From assembly GCF_009914755.1 (NCBI RefSeq), contig NC_060926.1: a DNA stretch of 64,000 bases; one strand, written 5' to 3'. The stretch's first letter is position 1; each line of letters opens with the position of its first letter. This document shows, piece by piece, positions 63,457 through 64,000 of the stretch. The notes beneath the pieces are model-generated. The model ran no database searches. It saw only the letters and a list, made by a program, of their open reading frames with translations, and had not been told where the DNA came from. The translations under genes were made by a program, and so were the position numbers. The stretch is from the human T2T-CHM13v2.0 reference genome, Homo sapiens.

Positions 63457-63860
63457 CTCAGCTAACCACAAATGTCTCCTCCAGGCTATGAAATTGGCCG
63501 ATTTCAAGAACACATCTCCTTTTCAACCCCATTCCTTATCTGCTCCAACCTGGACTCATTTAGATCGTGCTTATTTGGATTGCAAAAGGGAGTCCCACCA
63601 TCGCTGGTGGTATCCCAGGGTCCCTGCTCAAGTTTTCTTTGAAAAGGAGGGCTGGAATGGTACATCACATAGGCAAGTCCTGCCCTGTATTTAGGCTTTG
63701 CCTGCTTGGTGTGATGTAAGGGAAATTGAAAGACTTGCCCATTCAAAATGATCTTTACCGTGGCCTGCCCCATGCTTATGGTCCCCAGCATTTACAGTAA
63801 CTTGTGAATGTTAAGTATCATCTCTTATCTAAATATTAAAAGATAAGTCAAACATTTTCA
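63457..63860 (+). other. DHRS9: DHRS9 3' UTR (end approximate)
   Basis: Follows the stop codon and ends shortly after ATTAAA at 63835-63840. Confidence 0.75.
63835..63840 (+). terminator. Polyadenylation signal ATTAAA
   Basis: Common variant hexamer ~380 nt after the stop, with a GT/T-rich stretch (tgttctgtt) downstream near 63875. Confidence 0.7.
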
Positions 63861-64000
63861 TGAGTGGATAGACATGTTCTGTTACCTTGCTGAGGATGAC
63901 TCTGAAGGACCAAAGCTCAGTTCTGATAAGCTTTGAAAAGGACAGGAAAAGGGAGGGTGATCAAGCATTGTGTGACACGGGTATAAGCTAAAGGCAGCAG

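Overview
Human (primate) genomic DNA, AT-rich and repeat-dense. It contains the complete DHRS9 gene (short-chain dehydrogenase/reductase, retinol/3-alpha-hydroxysteroid dehydrogenase family) on the + strand. Four coding exons (49309-49621, 51056-51314, 59487-59650, 63233-63456) splice through canonical GT-AG sites into a 960-nt ORF (319 aa). Several alternative 5' exons/promoters lie at 34.2-48.9 kb, one adding an in-frame 60-aa N-terminal extension, and a poly(A) signal sits at 63835. The first ~33 kb is non-coding. From recalled gene order it is the interval between divergently transcribed ABCB11 (just outside the left edge) and DHRS9. It is filled with nested L1, THE1, MaLR, ERV1-LTR, Alu, MIR/L2 and DNA-transposon fossils. 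I found no new protein-coding system; nearly all other ORFs in the track are repeat-derived or chance. The most unusual structures are retrotransposon architectures. (1) A young L1 is inserted antisense into an older L1 and truncated exactly at the position homologous to its own target, forming a ~1.9-kb near-palindrome. (2) A TSD-flanked, 5'-intact, ORF1-only L1 insertion. (3) An intronic L1 has an in-frame ORF1/RT deletion junction with a templated insertion. (4) A micro-inversion lies inside an LTR. Repeat subfamily names are from recalled consensus sequences and were not checked with RepeatMasker/Dfam.
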